A DNA stretch of 64,000 nucleotides from Polyangiales bacterium (GTDB lineage Bacteria; Myxococcota_A; Polyangia; Polyangiales; JADJQN01): the NCBI GenBank assembly GCA_964202905.1, contig CAXNJO010000011.1, forward strand, positions 64,001-128,000. Direction: 5' to 3'. Position numbers and translations under genes: made by a program. Under the pieces are notes generated by a model, which saw only the letters and a program-made list of their open reading frames with translations, had not been told where the DNA came from and made no database searches. Positions 32,309 through 41,682 of the stretch are shown here, in pieces (position 1 is the stretch's first letter; each line of letters opens with the position of its first letter).

Positions 32309-32318
32309 CGCCTCGACC

Positions 32319-33368
32319 TCAGCGGAAGCGGACCCGCGCTTCGAACTCGGCGCCGGGCATCGCGACGACCTCGCCGATCACGGTCGCGGCCTCGCCCGCC
32401 GCGATGAACGCGGCCTTCACAGCGTCCGCGTGCGCCGGGTCGACGACGGCCACGAGGCCGAGGCCGAGGTTGAAGGTGCGGCGCATCTCGTCTTCGTCGA
32501 CGTCACCGGCGCGCTGCACGAGGTCGAAGATCGCCGGGCGCGCCCACGCGGCCGGGTCGACGACGACGCCGAGGCCCTCGGGGAGCACGCGCGGGACGTT
32601 GCCGGGCAGCCCGCCCCCGGTGATGTGCGAGAGCGCGTGCACAGCGCCGGGCGCGGCCGCGAGCACCGCTTGCACGGACTTCGCGTAGATGCGCGTCGGC
32701 CGGAGCAGCGCCGCGCCGAGCGTCTCGCCGAGCGCGTCGACGTGCGCGTCGAGCGTCAGCCCCGCGCGCTCGAGCAGCGCCTTGCGGACGAGCGAGTAGC
32801 CGTTCGAGTGCACGCCGCTCGAGGCGATGCCGAGCACGACGTCGCCGGGGCGCACCGCGCTTCCGTCGAGGATCTTCGCGCGCTCGACGACCCCGACGGC
32901 GAAGCCCGCGAGGTCGTACTCGCCGTCCGCGTAGAACCCGGGGAGCTCGGCCGTCTCGCCGCCGAGCAACGCGCAGCCTGCTTGCGTGCAACCGTCCGCG
33001 ATGCCGCGGATCACATCCGCTGCGCGCGCGACGTCGAGCCGACCGGTGGCGAAATAATCGAGGAAGAACAGGGGACGCGCGCCGCACGTGACGATGTCGT
33101 TCACGCACATCGCGACGAGGTCGATGCCGACCGTGTCGTGCACGTCTGCGAGGAAGGCGAGCTTGAGCTTCGTCCCGACGCCGTCGGTGCCCGAGACGAG
33201 GATGGGGTCGACGAGCCCCGAGGGCAGCGCGCAGAGTCCCGCGAAACCGCCCACGCCGCCGAGCACCTCGGGGATGCGCGTGCGCGCGGCGAAGGGCTTG
33301 ATGCGATCGACGAGCGCATCGCCCGCGTCGATGTCGACGCCGGCCGCGCGGTAGCTGAGCTTGCCCAT
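32319..33368 (-). CDS. purM: AIR synthase
   Basis: [45 protein letters not shown]. Confidence 0.97.
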   Translation of the reverse strand: MGKLSYRAAGVDIDAGDALVDRIKPFAARTRIPEVLGGVGGFAGLCALPSGLVDPILVSGTDGVGTKLKLAFLADVHDTVGIDLVAMCVNDIVTCGARPLFFLDYFATGRLDVARAADVIRGIADGCTQAGCALLGGETAELPGFYADGEYDLAGFAVGVVERAKILDGSAVRPGDVVLGIASSGVHSNGYSLVRKALLERAGLTLDAHVDALGETLGAALLRPTRIYAKSVQAVLAAAPGAVHALSHITGGGLPGNVPRVLPEGLGVVVDPAAWARPAIFDLVQRAGDVDEDEMRRTFNLGLGLVAVVDPAHADAVKAAFIAAGEAATVIGEVVAMPGAEFEARVRFR

Positions 33369-33441
33369 GAGGAGCGCGACGCTAGCAGAGCGGCGCAGCG
33401 GCGGCGACCGTGTTGGACGGGTCGCGGCGGGCTCGTCGCCG

Positions 33442-34338
33442 TCAGAAGGAGAGCGCGGTCGCGACGCCGAGGGTGCCGCCGACGGGGGGCTCGACCTCAC
33501 CGTCCCCGACGAGCAGCACCGTCGCCACGACGCCGCCGGCGACGGCCGCGCCGATGAGCGTCCAGAACCACCAGCGGGTCGCGATCGAGCCGCCGTCGCG
33601 GTGCGTTCCCGCGGGCGATGCGGGGGCGGCCGTCGCCGCGCCGGTGGTCGTCTCGCCCGCGTCGCGGGCCGCCTGTTCGGGCGTCGGTGCGGAACCGCGC
33701 GGGGCAAGCGTCACGCCCTGCCGCGTGAGTTCGCGCGCGCGCACCGTGATCTCCGTGGTGAAGGGCGCAAAACCCTCCGCCAGCACCTCGAGCGGCGCGC
33801 GGCCGACGAGGACGGTGATCGGCGCGGCGAGGGGCAGCACGCCGACTGCGCGTCCGCCGAGCCAGACGGTGGCGCCGGTGACGCCGCCGAGGACCTCGAG
33901 CTGCCCGACCTGCTCGCCGATCGACCGGAACGCGCCGTTCAGCGAGACCCGGTTGCGCGCGATCCACGGGTCGCTCGTGACCGAGAGCGCAGCCGTGAGG
34001 TGGGTGTGGGCGTCGACCCAGCGACCCAGCGCCTGCTCGCAGAGCGCGAGCTGCGCCGTGTTGCGCGGCGTCGGAGCGGCCGCGTGCGCGCGCTGGAAGA
34101 GCACGAGCGCCGACGCGTCGTCCCCGGCCTCACGGAGCGCGATGCCCTGTTCGACCAGCGCTTCCGGGTCCGGCGTGGCCGTCGTGGGCGTCGCCGCGTC
34201 GGAGGTCTGCGGCGCCTGCGCGTGAACGCCGGCGGGCGCGGCCATCGCGCAGGCGGTCGCGAGCAGCCCCACCGCGAGCGCGAGGCGCGGGAGATGGCCG
34301 GTGCGAGCGGTGCGGCCCGGAGGTGGCGTTCCGCTCAC
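33442..34338 (-). CDS. Exported TPR + PEGA domain protein
   Basis: Signal peptide ending [59 protein letters not shown] followed by a TM; terminal F. Confidence 0.85.
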   Translation of the reverse strand: MSGTPPPGRTARTGHLPRLALAVGLLATACAMAAPAGVHAQAPQTSDAATPTTATPDPEALVEQGIALREAGDDASALVLFQRAHAAAPTPRNTAQLALCEQALGRWVDAHTHLTAALSVTSDPWIARNRVSLNGAFRSIGEQVGQLEVLGGVTGATVWLGGRAVGVLPLAAPITVLVGRAPLEVLAEGFAPFTTEITVRARELTRQGVTLAPRGSAPTPEQAARDAGETTTGAATAAPASPAGTHRDGGSIATRWWFWTLIGAAVAGGVVATVLLVGDGEVEPPVGGTLGVATALSF

Positions 34339-34846
34339 GGGGTCGACGCCCGCACGCAGCGCACACGCGCGACGGTGGAGACGGTGGTGGGGAGCGTGTC
34401 ACCGTTCGCGAAGTTGATGCGCCAGCCGTTCATCGGTCGTCATGACGTCCAGCGTACGGCGTCGCGCTCCAGTAGTACTCGGCCGTGGCCATGAAGAGCG
34501 GGTCGATGGCGGGGACGCTCGCCGAGCCCATGCGGGTCTCGTCGACGAGCGACGCGAGCTCCAGCACCTCCGGCAGCCGCCAGCCCGCACCGAGGGACGC
34601 GCAGTACGTCGTGGCGTCGGCCTGCGTCATCGCCGACGGAGCGGACGCGCGCTGCCAGACGAGCCCCGTGTTCACGTCGGTCGCCTCGCTCGCCTCGCTC
34701 GCCGTCACCGTGTAGGTGCCTGCGGGGGCGTCGGCCTGCGCAGGCCAGGCGCAGACGCCCGCGGCGAGGGGAAGCGCGGCCAACAAGGCCTCGAGCGAGC
34801 GGCGGGCGGGGTGGGGCATCGGGGCTCGGTGAGGAAGGGGGCGCAT
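34335..34846 (-). CDS. DUF1566 (Lcl C-terminal-like) secreted protein, frameshifted near 34435
   Basis: DVNTGLVWQ, YCASL, WRLPEVLELASLVD, YWSATP; the adjacent frame continues WRINFANG..RVRCVR to a stop overlapping the next start (GTGA). Confidence 0.8.
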
Positions 34847-35982
34847 CAGCGCACGCAGCGCGCGTGGTAACCCGCGCTCGCGGAGCCGCGGCTGATGACG
34901 CCGTCCGCGAAGCCGACGAGCCAGAACTTTCCGGCCTCGCGGGCGACGGGGGAGCGTGTCCAATGCTGACGCGCTTGCGCGGCGGGGAAGACGGCCCGGT
35001 CGATCGTCGGATTGAAGCGCGCGTAATCGACGAGAGACGCGAGCTCGATGCGGGAGGGAAGTCGCCAGTCGGATTTGCCGTCGAGTTCGAGCCCTTCGCA
35101 GTAGGCGGCCGACGTGGCTTGACTCCGTGGAGAACCGTCTGCCGTCCGCTCCCACTCGAGGCCGGTGACGAGGTCGAGGACGGTGGTGGAAATTGCGTCG
35201 TAGAGGTAGGCACGCGCGTGGGGCGGCGTCCCCGGCAGCTCCCAGGCGGCCCAGATCGAGGGGGGCGGGCGCGTCAGACCGCCCGCGTCGTCGCCCAGAT
35301 CGGACACGCCGAGGTCCAGCGGGCCGAGGTCGGGCGTGTCCGAATCCGGGGCGTCTGCGTCCGTCGTGTCGGCGTCGCGCGTGTCGAGGTCGGCGCCAGC
35401 GTCGGCGGGGCCGGGCGGCGCGCCGGGCCCGTAGAGCGGGAGGCTCGCGACGTCGACCTCGGCATCCTCGCAGACGCCTGCGCGGCACGTCTCCGTCGCG
35501 CCGCAGCGCACGGGAATGCACGCGTCCTCGAGCTCGACGCGCAGCAGGTGCGTCCGCCCGGCGACGAAGGTGCCGCGCGCGCGCGCTTCGCCGACGCGGT
35601 CGCCGCCCGAGGCCGCGGCCGTCACGACGATCTCGAAGCGCCGCGAGGCATCGCCGTCCTTCGGCACGACCCCGAGCGACACGGGGAACGCGAGCGCGCC
35701 GCCGCTCCGCTCGAAGACCGTCGCGGGGCTGAATGCTTCGGGGCTCGCGGCCGCCGCGCCGCGCACGGCGATCGTGAGGGACGCGGCTTCCAGGGCGACG
35801 CCGGGTTCGGCCTCGACGACGACGAACACCTCGGTGCGCGGGGTCGGCGTGCAGGCGGCCGCCGCGAACGCGCCGAGCGCGAGCCCCACCAGCAGGCCGG
35901 CCGGTCGCAGTGCGCGCTCGGTCGACACCTCCGGAGGGGGCGGGCGGCGGGGGCGGGCAGAAGCGCGGATTCTCGGGTGCAT
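34846..35982 (-). CDS. Lipoprotein with C-terminal DUF1566 domain
   Basis: Lipobox FAAAC; Cys-rich C..RC..TC..GVC; DLVTGLEWE, WRLPSRIELASLVD, WLVGFADG, ARCVR; start uncertain. Confidence 0.85.
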   Translation of the reverse strand: MHPRIRASARPRRPPPPEVSTERALRPAGLLVGLALGAFAAAACTPTPRTEVFVVVEAEPGVALEAASLTIAVRGAAAASPEAFSPATVFERSGGALAFPVSLGVVPKDGDASRRFEIVVTAAASGGDRVGEARARGTFVAGRTHLLRVELEDACIPVRCGATETCRAGVCEDAEVDVASLPLYGPGAPPGPADAGADLDTRDADTTDADAPDSDTPDLGPLDLGVSDLGDDAGGLTRPPPSIWAAWELPGTPPHARAYLYDAISTTVLDLVTGLEWERTADGSPRSQATSAAYCEGLELDGKSDWRLPSRIELASLVDYARFNPTIDRAVFPAAQARQHWTRSPVAREAGKFWLVGFADGVISRGSASAGYHARCVR

Positions 35983-36100
35983 CGTCGAGCGCTCCTCGCG
36001 CCGGACACTAACGCCAGCGCCGCGCGCGCGTCCAGCGTGCTCGTTCGCCTGGCGAGCGCGCGATGTCCCCGCAACGGGACGTGATACCGTCCGGCCCCGT

Positions 36101-37627
36101 ATGCCGTCCGCGAGTCTCGCCATCGGCACCCGCTTCGGGCCGTACACCATCCTGCGACTGCTCGGTGAGGGCGGGATGGGGTCGGTCTACGAGGCGCGCC
36201 ACGAGCGGCTCGCGAAGCGCGTCGCGCTGAAGGTCCTGCACGCCGACGTGGTCGCGACCAACGAAGAGGCCGTCGCGCGCTTCACGCGCGAGGGCGAGGT
36301 GGCGTCGCAGATCCGGCATCCGAACGTCGTCGACGTGACGGACGTCGGCCGCGAAGACGGCGTCCCGTACATGGTCATGGAGTACCTCGAGGGCGAGACG
36401 CTCGGTGCGCTGCTCGAGACGCGTCGGGCGCTCGAGGTGAGCGAGGCGATCGACCTCCTGCTGCCCATCGCCTCGGCCCTCGCCGCCGCGCACGAGGAGC
36501 AGATCGTCCACCGCGATCTGAAGCCGGACAACATCTTCCTCGCGCGGACGCGCGTCGGCGAGGTGGTCCCGAAGCTGGTCGACTTCGGGATCTCGAAGTT
36601 CGAGCGCGAGCACGACCCGAAGCTCACCGCGGTCGGCGCGATGATGGGCACGCCGCAGTACATGTCGCCGGAGCAGGCCCGCGGCTCGCGCGACGTCGAC
36701 GGACGCACCGACCAGTATGCGTTCGGCGTCATCCTCCACGAGTGCCTCACCGGCGAGACGGCCGTGCGCGGCGACTCGCTGCTCGAGATCCTCCACGAGA
36801 TCAACAGCGGCCGCATCGCGCGGGTCGACGCGCTCCGCCCCGGCGTGCCGTCCGGGTTGGTCGACGCTGTCGCGCGGATGCACGCCCGCGATCCCGCCGA
36901 TCGTTTCCCCGACATGGTCGCGGTCGGGGCCGAGCTGCTGCCCTTCGCGAGTCCGCGGGCCCGCGCGGTCTGGGGCGCGCGCTTCGTGGCGGGCGAGGCT
37001 GCGCCCGCGTCGACCTCGCATGGCACGGGGGCCGTGGAGAGAACCCCGACGAACCAGACGTTCTGGCAGCTGCCGGCTGGCAACCACGCGAACGTGACAG
37101 CCGCCGCAGAGGGAACCCCGGCGCCGACGATGGGGACGGCGCCCTCCTCATCACCGGAATCCGCGCCGCGCCCGCCGCGATTCGTCGCCCTCGCCCTCGG
37201 CGTCGTCGTTGGGCTTGGCGCGCTCGCCGCCGCGATCGGGTTTCGCGCGGGTACCGCGGCGCCAGCCCCCACGGAGTCGCCCGGACCGTTCCCCGCGGTC
37301 GCGGCGCCTTCCGCGCCTGCCGTTGTGCGTGTCGACGAGACGGAGCCCGCAGCGCCCGTTCCTTCGGGGATCGCCGCGCCGGACCCCAGCGCGCCAGCGG
37401 ATGCCCCGCAGACCGAGCCGGATGCGGGTACGCGGCCCGCCGGTGACCCCGTGGCGCTCGCTGCGGGCTCCGCGTCGCCCGAACCCACCGACGTCCCGGA
37501 CGCCGGCGCGCCGGCGTCGCCTGAAGCCGAGGGGCTTCCCGCCGTCGAGCGCCCCAGCGGCCCGCGTCGCGGCCCCGGGCGGCGCCACGTGAGGCAAGGC
37601 GCGAACCGCTCGATCATCCTGCGCTGA
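36101..37627 (+). CDS. Membrane Ser/Thr protein kinase
   Basis: GEGGMGSVY, VALK, HRDLKPDN, DFGISK, GTPQYMSPE; TM; Pro-rich tail ending QGANRSIILR. Confidence 0.94.
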   Translation: MPSASLAIGTRFGPYTILRLLGEGGMGSVYEARHERLAKRVALKVLHADVVATNEEAVARFTREGEVASQIRHPNVVDVTDVGREDGVPYMVMEYLEGETLGALLETRRALEVSEAIDLLLPIASALAAAHEEQIVHRDLKPDNIFLARTRVGEVVPKLVDFGISKFEREHDPKLTAVGAMMGTPQYMSPEQARGSRDVDGRTDQYAFGVILHECLTGETAVRGDSLLEILHEINSGRIARVDALRPGVPSGLVDAVARMHARDPADRFPDMVAVGAELLPFASPRARAVWGARFVAGEAAPASTSHGTGAVERTPTNQTFWQLPAGNHANVTAAAEGTPAPTMGTAPSSSPESAPRPPRFVALALGVVVGLGALAAAIGFRAGTAAPAPTESPGPFPAVAAPSAPAVVRVDETEPAAPVPSGIAAPDPSAPADAPQTEPDAGTRPAGDPVALAAGSASPEPTDVPDAGAPASPEAEGLPAVERPSGPRRGPGRRHVRQGANRSIILR

Positions 37628-37784
37628 CGGTCGCCTGCGCGGTCGAGCCTGGCGTGCCGGCGGCGGCGCGGTCCGCGAGCGTTTGTGGATTCCCCGGTTT
37701 TCCGATGCGCGCGACGGGACAATCCTCACGTCGCGCGCGCGGCGACGGATGACAAGTCCCCCGCTTCCACTAGGATGCGGCCCC

Positions 37785-40700
37785 GTGTCGACCGCCACCT
37801 CCGCGAATTCGCCCGTTTTTCCGTCTCCTGCGCAGGGCGCGGGGCATTCGGAACCCGTCCTCCGCCTCGGGATTCCGGGCTTCGCCTACGAAGACCTCCA
37901 CCGGCCGGAGCGGCTCGCGGCGCTGCTCGCGCTCTTCGACGCGGAGCTCGAGCGGGACGAGCCCGCCGCGCACGCCGGGCTGCTCGCGTGGCGCGGGGAC
38001 CCGGACGGCCTCGACGTCGCCCGCGCGAGCGAGGCCATCCTCGCCGCGGCCCCGCACGTCGAGCGCTTCGTGGCGCGCCTCTTCGGGGTCGAAGACGCGC
38101 TGCGGCGGAAGTCCGAGGAGATCCGCTACGACGACCCGGTCTTCGCGTTCAAGCGCGAGTTCGCCCGCAAGCGCGTGCTGAAGGCGGGCGCGGGTCGCGG
38201 ATGGGCCGAAGGGCAGCCGGCGGGCACGCCGGGGGGCGCCGCGGCGGTCGCGCGCTGCGCACTGAGGGCGCTCGGGGCGGAGCTCGACGCCGACGAGGAG
38301 CGTGAGGTCGCGCGGGCCGCGCTGCTGCTCGGCGAGGCCGACGAGATCGCGCGCAAGGTGCAGAAGGCCGGCGGCGCGAGCTGGACGGATGGGCTCCGCG
38401 CGCGCACGGCGACGCTGCGCGCGGCCCTCGCCGCGGACGCCGCCGCGAGCGCGGCGCTCGACGCCGGGCTGTTCGCGTCACCGGGAGAGGCCGCGGCCGC
38501 CGACGCCCCGGACTTTGCCCTCGTCGCGCGGGTCGCCGACGCCGTCGAGGCGTGGCTCGCCGCGCGCGCGGCCGACCGGGGCGATCCGGCGAGCGGCTGG
38601 GCGTCGCTCCACGCGCCGCACAAATGGGTCTTCGAGAGCCTCGTGCAGCTCCGCCGCTCGCGCGAGGCGCTGCCCGAGGAGTTCGTCGGTCCCGAGTCGC
38701 ACCGCCGCGAGCGCACCGAGCCCTTTGCGCTCACCGATCCGCGCGGCTCGATGCGCCACATCGCGCAGCAAGTCGACTACTGCCTCTACTGCCACGACCG
38801 CGGCAAAGACTCCTGCAGCAAGGGCCTGCGCGACAAGTCCGGCGGCCTGAAGAAGAACCCGCTCGGCGTCGAGCTCGCGGGCTGCCCGCTCTTCGAGAAG
38901 ATCAGCGAGATGCATCTGCTCCGCCGCGACGGCGGCGTCGTGAGCGCGCTCGCGACGGCGATGATCGACAACCCGATGCTCGCGGGTACCGGTCACCGCA
39001 TCTGCAACGACTGCATGAAGGGCTGCGTCTACCAGACGCAGGAGCCCGTCGATATCCCGCAGGTCGAGACGCGGATGCTCGTCGACGTGCTGAACCTGCC
39101 GTGGGGCTACGAGATCTGGTCCTTCCTCTCCCGCTGGAACCCGCTCAACCCGCGCCGCCCGCACGCGCTCCCGTACAACGGCAAGAACGTGCTCGTCGTC
39201 GGGCTCGGCCCCGCGGGCTACACGCTCGCGCACCACCTCGTGAACGAGGGCTTCGGCGTCGCTGGCGTCGATGGCCTCAAGCTCGAACCGATGCCCGACG
39301 CGCTCACCGGGCGCAACGGCCACGCGCTCGCGCCCATCCACGACGTGCGCGCGCTGAACGAGCCGCTCGAGGAGCGCACGCTCCTCGGCTTCGGCGGCGT
39401 CAGCGAGTACGGGATCACCGTCCGCTGGGACAAGAACTTCCTCGCGGTCCTCTACCTGAACCTGCTGCGCCGCCCGACCTTCCGCGTCTACGGCGGCGTG
39501 CGCTTCGGCGGCACGCTCGACCTCGACGACGCCTGGCGCCTCGGCATCGACCACGTCGCCCTCGCGAGCGGCGCCGGCAAGCCGACGTTCATCCGCATCC
39601 GCAACAACCTCATCCGCGGCGTGCGCAAGGCCTCGGACTTCCTCATGAGTTTGCAGCTCACGGGCGCCTACAAGCGCTCGTCGCTCGCGAACCTGCAGGT
39701 GCGCCTGCCGGGCGTCGTGATCGGCGGCGGCCTCACCGCGATCGACACCGCGACCGAGATGCTCGCGTACTACGTCGTGCAGGCCGAGCGCACGCTGAGC
39801 CGCTACGAGCGCCTGCTCGAAGAGGTCGGCGTGGAGGCCCTGCGCGCGCGTTTCGACGCCGAGGAGCGCGAGGTGCTCGACGAGGTCGTCGAGCACGGCC
39901 GCGCGATCCGCGACGAGCGTGTCGCCGCCGCGCGCGAGGGGCGCGTGCCGCGCCTGCAGCCGCTGCTCGATGGCTGGGGCGGCGTGAGCATCGTCTACCG
40001 CCGCACCGTGAAGGACTCGCCGGCCTACCGCCTCAACCACGAGGAGGTCGCGAAGTCGCTCGAAGAGGGCGTGCGCTACGTCGAACTCATGTCGCCGGTC
40101 GAGGCGCACCCGGACGCGTACGGCGCGGTCGAGGCGATGAGCTTCGAGCGCCAGCGCTTCGACGAGGCGGGCAAGCTCGTCGGCACGGGCGAGCTCGTGA
40201 AACTGCCCGCGCGCACCGTCTGCATCGCCGCGGGGACGAGCCCGAACACCACGTACGAGCTCGAGCACGAGGGCAGCCTCGGCATCGAGCCGAAGACGGG
40301 CTACTTCCGCAACCACCGCGCCGTCCGCGACGCGGACGGCACGCTGCGTCTCGAGCCCACGACCGACGGCGGCGGCTTCTTCACGAACTACCTGAAGGAC
40401 GGACGCACCGTCAGCTACTACGGCGACAATCACCCGAAGTACGCGGGCTCCGTCGTGAAGGCGATGGCGAGCGCGAAGGACGGCTACCGCCACGTCGCGG
40501 CCGTGTTCGCGCCGGAGTTCGCCGCGCTGCGCGCCGAGGATCAACCCGCGCGCGATGTGAAATGGTCCGCCGACGCCGCGCGTCTCGACGGCGAGCTACG
40601 CGCGACCGTGCACGAGGTGCGGCGCCTCGCGCGCGACATCGTCGAGGTCGTCGTCCACGCGCCGCTCGCCGCGCGGAAGTTCAAGCCCGGCCAGTTCTAT

Positions 40701-41570
40701 CGGCTTCAGAACTACGAGCGTCACGCCACCGTCGTCGATGGCACGCCGCTCACGATGGAGGGCCTCGCGCTCACGGGCGCGTCCACCGACCCGGAGCGCG
40801 GGCTGATGTCCACGATCGTGCTCGAGATGGGCGCGTCGTCGCGGATGTGCGCGCTGCTGAAGAAGGGCGAAGAGGTCTCGCTGATGGGGCCGACGGGCGA
40901 GCCCACCTCGATCCCGCGCGGGGAGACGGTGCTGCTCGCGGGCGGCGGCCTCGGCAACGCGGTGCTCTTCTCGATCGCGCGCGCCTTCAAGGCGCAGGGC
41001 AGCAAGGTCATCTACTTCGCGGGCTATCGGCACACCGCGAGCGTCTTCAAGATGGACGAGATCGAGGCGTCGACCGACCAGGTCATCTGGGCGAGCGACG
41101 CCGGCGATCCGATCGTGCCGCGCCGCCCGCAGGACGCTCATTTCCGCGGCAACATCGTGCAGGCGATGCTCGCGTACGAGGCCGGCTCCCTCGGCGCGCG
41201 GCTCATCGAGCTCGGCGAGGTCGACCGCATCATCGCGATCGGTTCCGACCGCATGATGGAGGCCGTGAAGCACGCGCGGCACGGGGTCCTCGCGCCGTAT
41301 TTGAAGGGCGCGCACGCGGCCATCGGCAGCATCAACTCGCCGATGCAGTGCATGATGAAGCAGATCTGCGCGCAGTGTCTGCAGCGTCTCGTCGACCCCG
41401 TCACGGGGAAGGAGGAGATGGTCTACACCTGCTTCAATCAGGACCTCGAGCTCGACCGCGTCGACTTCCCGCACCTCGCCGCGCGCCTGCGCCAGAACAG
41501 CGTGCAGGAGAAACTCGCCAACCTCTGGTTCGAGCGGCTGCTGCGTGAGGGGCGCCCCGCGTCGGTGTAG
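37785..41570 (+). CDS. Large Fe-S flavoprotein: GltD/NfnB-like domain fused to a C-terminal NfnA/PyrK-like FNR domain
   Basis: CLYC..C..GCP; CNDCMKGC; VVGLGPAG; IGGGLTAID; PGQFYRLQN; MGPTG; AGGGLG; MQCMMKQICAQC..C; start uncertain. Confidence 0.88.
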   Translation: MSTATSANSPVFPSPAQGAGHSEPVLRLGIPGFAYEDLHRPERLAALLALFDAELERDEPAAHAGLLAWRGDPDGLDVARASEAILAAAPHVERFVARLFGVEDALRRKSEEIRYDDPVFAFKREFARKRVLKAGAGRGWAEGQPAGTPGGAAAVARCALRALGAELDADEEREVARAALLLGEADEIARKVQKAGGASWTDGLRARTATLRAALAADAAASAALDAGLFASPGEAAAADAPDFALVARVADAVEAWLAARAADRGDPASGWASLHAPHKWVFESLVQLRRSREALPEEFVGPESHRRERTEPFALTDPRGSMRHIAQQVDYCLYCHDRGKDSCSKGLRDKSGGLKKNPLGVELAGCPLFEKISEMHLLRRDGGVVSALATAMIDNPMLAGTGHRICNDCMKGCVYQTQEPVDIPQVETRMLVDVLNLPWGYEIWSFLSRWNPLNPRRPHALPYNGKNVLVVGLGPAGYTLAHHLVNEGFGVAGVDGLKLEPMPDALTGRNGHALAPIHDVRALNEPLEERTLLGFGGVSEYGITVRWDKNFLAVLYLNLLRRPTFRVYGGVRFGGTLDLDDAWRLGIDHVALASGAGKPTFIRIRNNLIRGVRKASDFLMSLQLTGAYKRSSLANLQVRLPGVVIGGGLTAIDTATEMLAYYVVQAERTLSRYERLLEEVGVEALRARFDAEEREVLDEVVEHGRAIRDERVAAAREGRVPRLQPLLDGWGGVSIVYRRTVKDSPAYRLNHEEVAKSLEEGVRYVELMSPVEAHPDAYGAVEAMSFERQRFDEAGKLVGTGELVKLPARTVCIAAGTSPNTTYELEHEGSLGIEPKTGYFRNHRAVRDADGTLRLEPTTDGGGFFTNYLKDGRTVSYYGDNHPKYAGSVVKAMASAKDGYRHVAAVFAPEFAALRAEDQPARDVKWSADAARLDGELRATVHEVRRLARDIVEVVVHAPLAARKFKPGQFYRLQNYERHATVVDGTPLTMEGLALTGASTDPERGLMSTIVLEMGASSRMCALLKKGEEVSLMGPTGEPTSIPRGETVLLAGGGLGNAVLFSIARAFKAQGSKVIYFAGYRHTASVFKMDEIEASTDQVIWASDAGDPIVPRRPQDAHFRGNIVQAMLAYEAGSLGARLIELGEVDRIIAIGSDRMMEAVKHARHGVLAPYLKGAHAAIGSINSPMQCMMKQICAQCLQRLVDPVTGKEEMVYTCFNQDLELDRVDFPHLAARLRQNSVQEKLANLWFERLLREGRPASV

Positions 41571-41682
41571 CCGCGGGGGCGTCGCGCGCCGTCGCCATCA
41601 CGGGCGCGGCGCGCGGGGTCGCACGGATTATGGCCCCGCGGCGCGTTCGTTTGGGGAACGCGGCGGTGCGAGCCGCCCTCGT

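Noticed and set aside
34335..35250. DUF1566 genes as targets of a diversity-generating retroelement
   Set aside because: No reverse transcriptase and no template/variable repeat pair differing at adenines in the window; the two C-termini are simply divergent.
41580..41630. GC hairpin between convergent genes as a terminator
   Set aside because: Imperfect stem with no poly-T tail; such hairpins arise by chance at this GC content.
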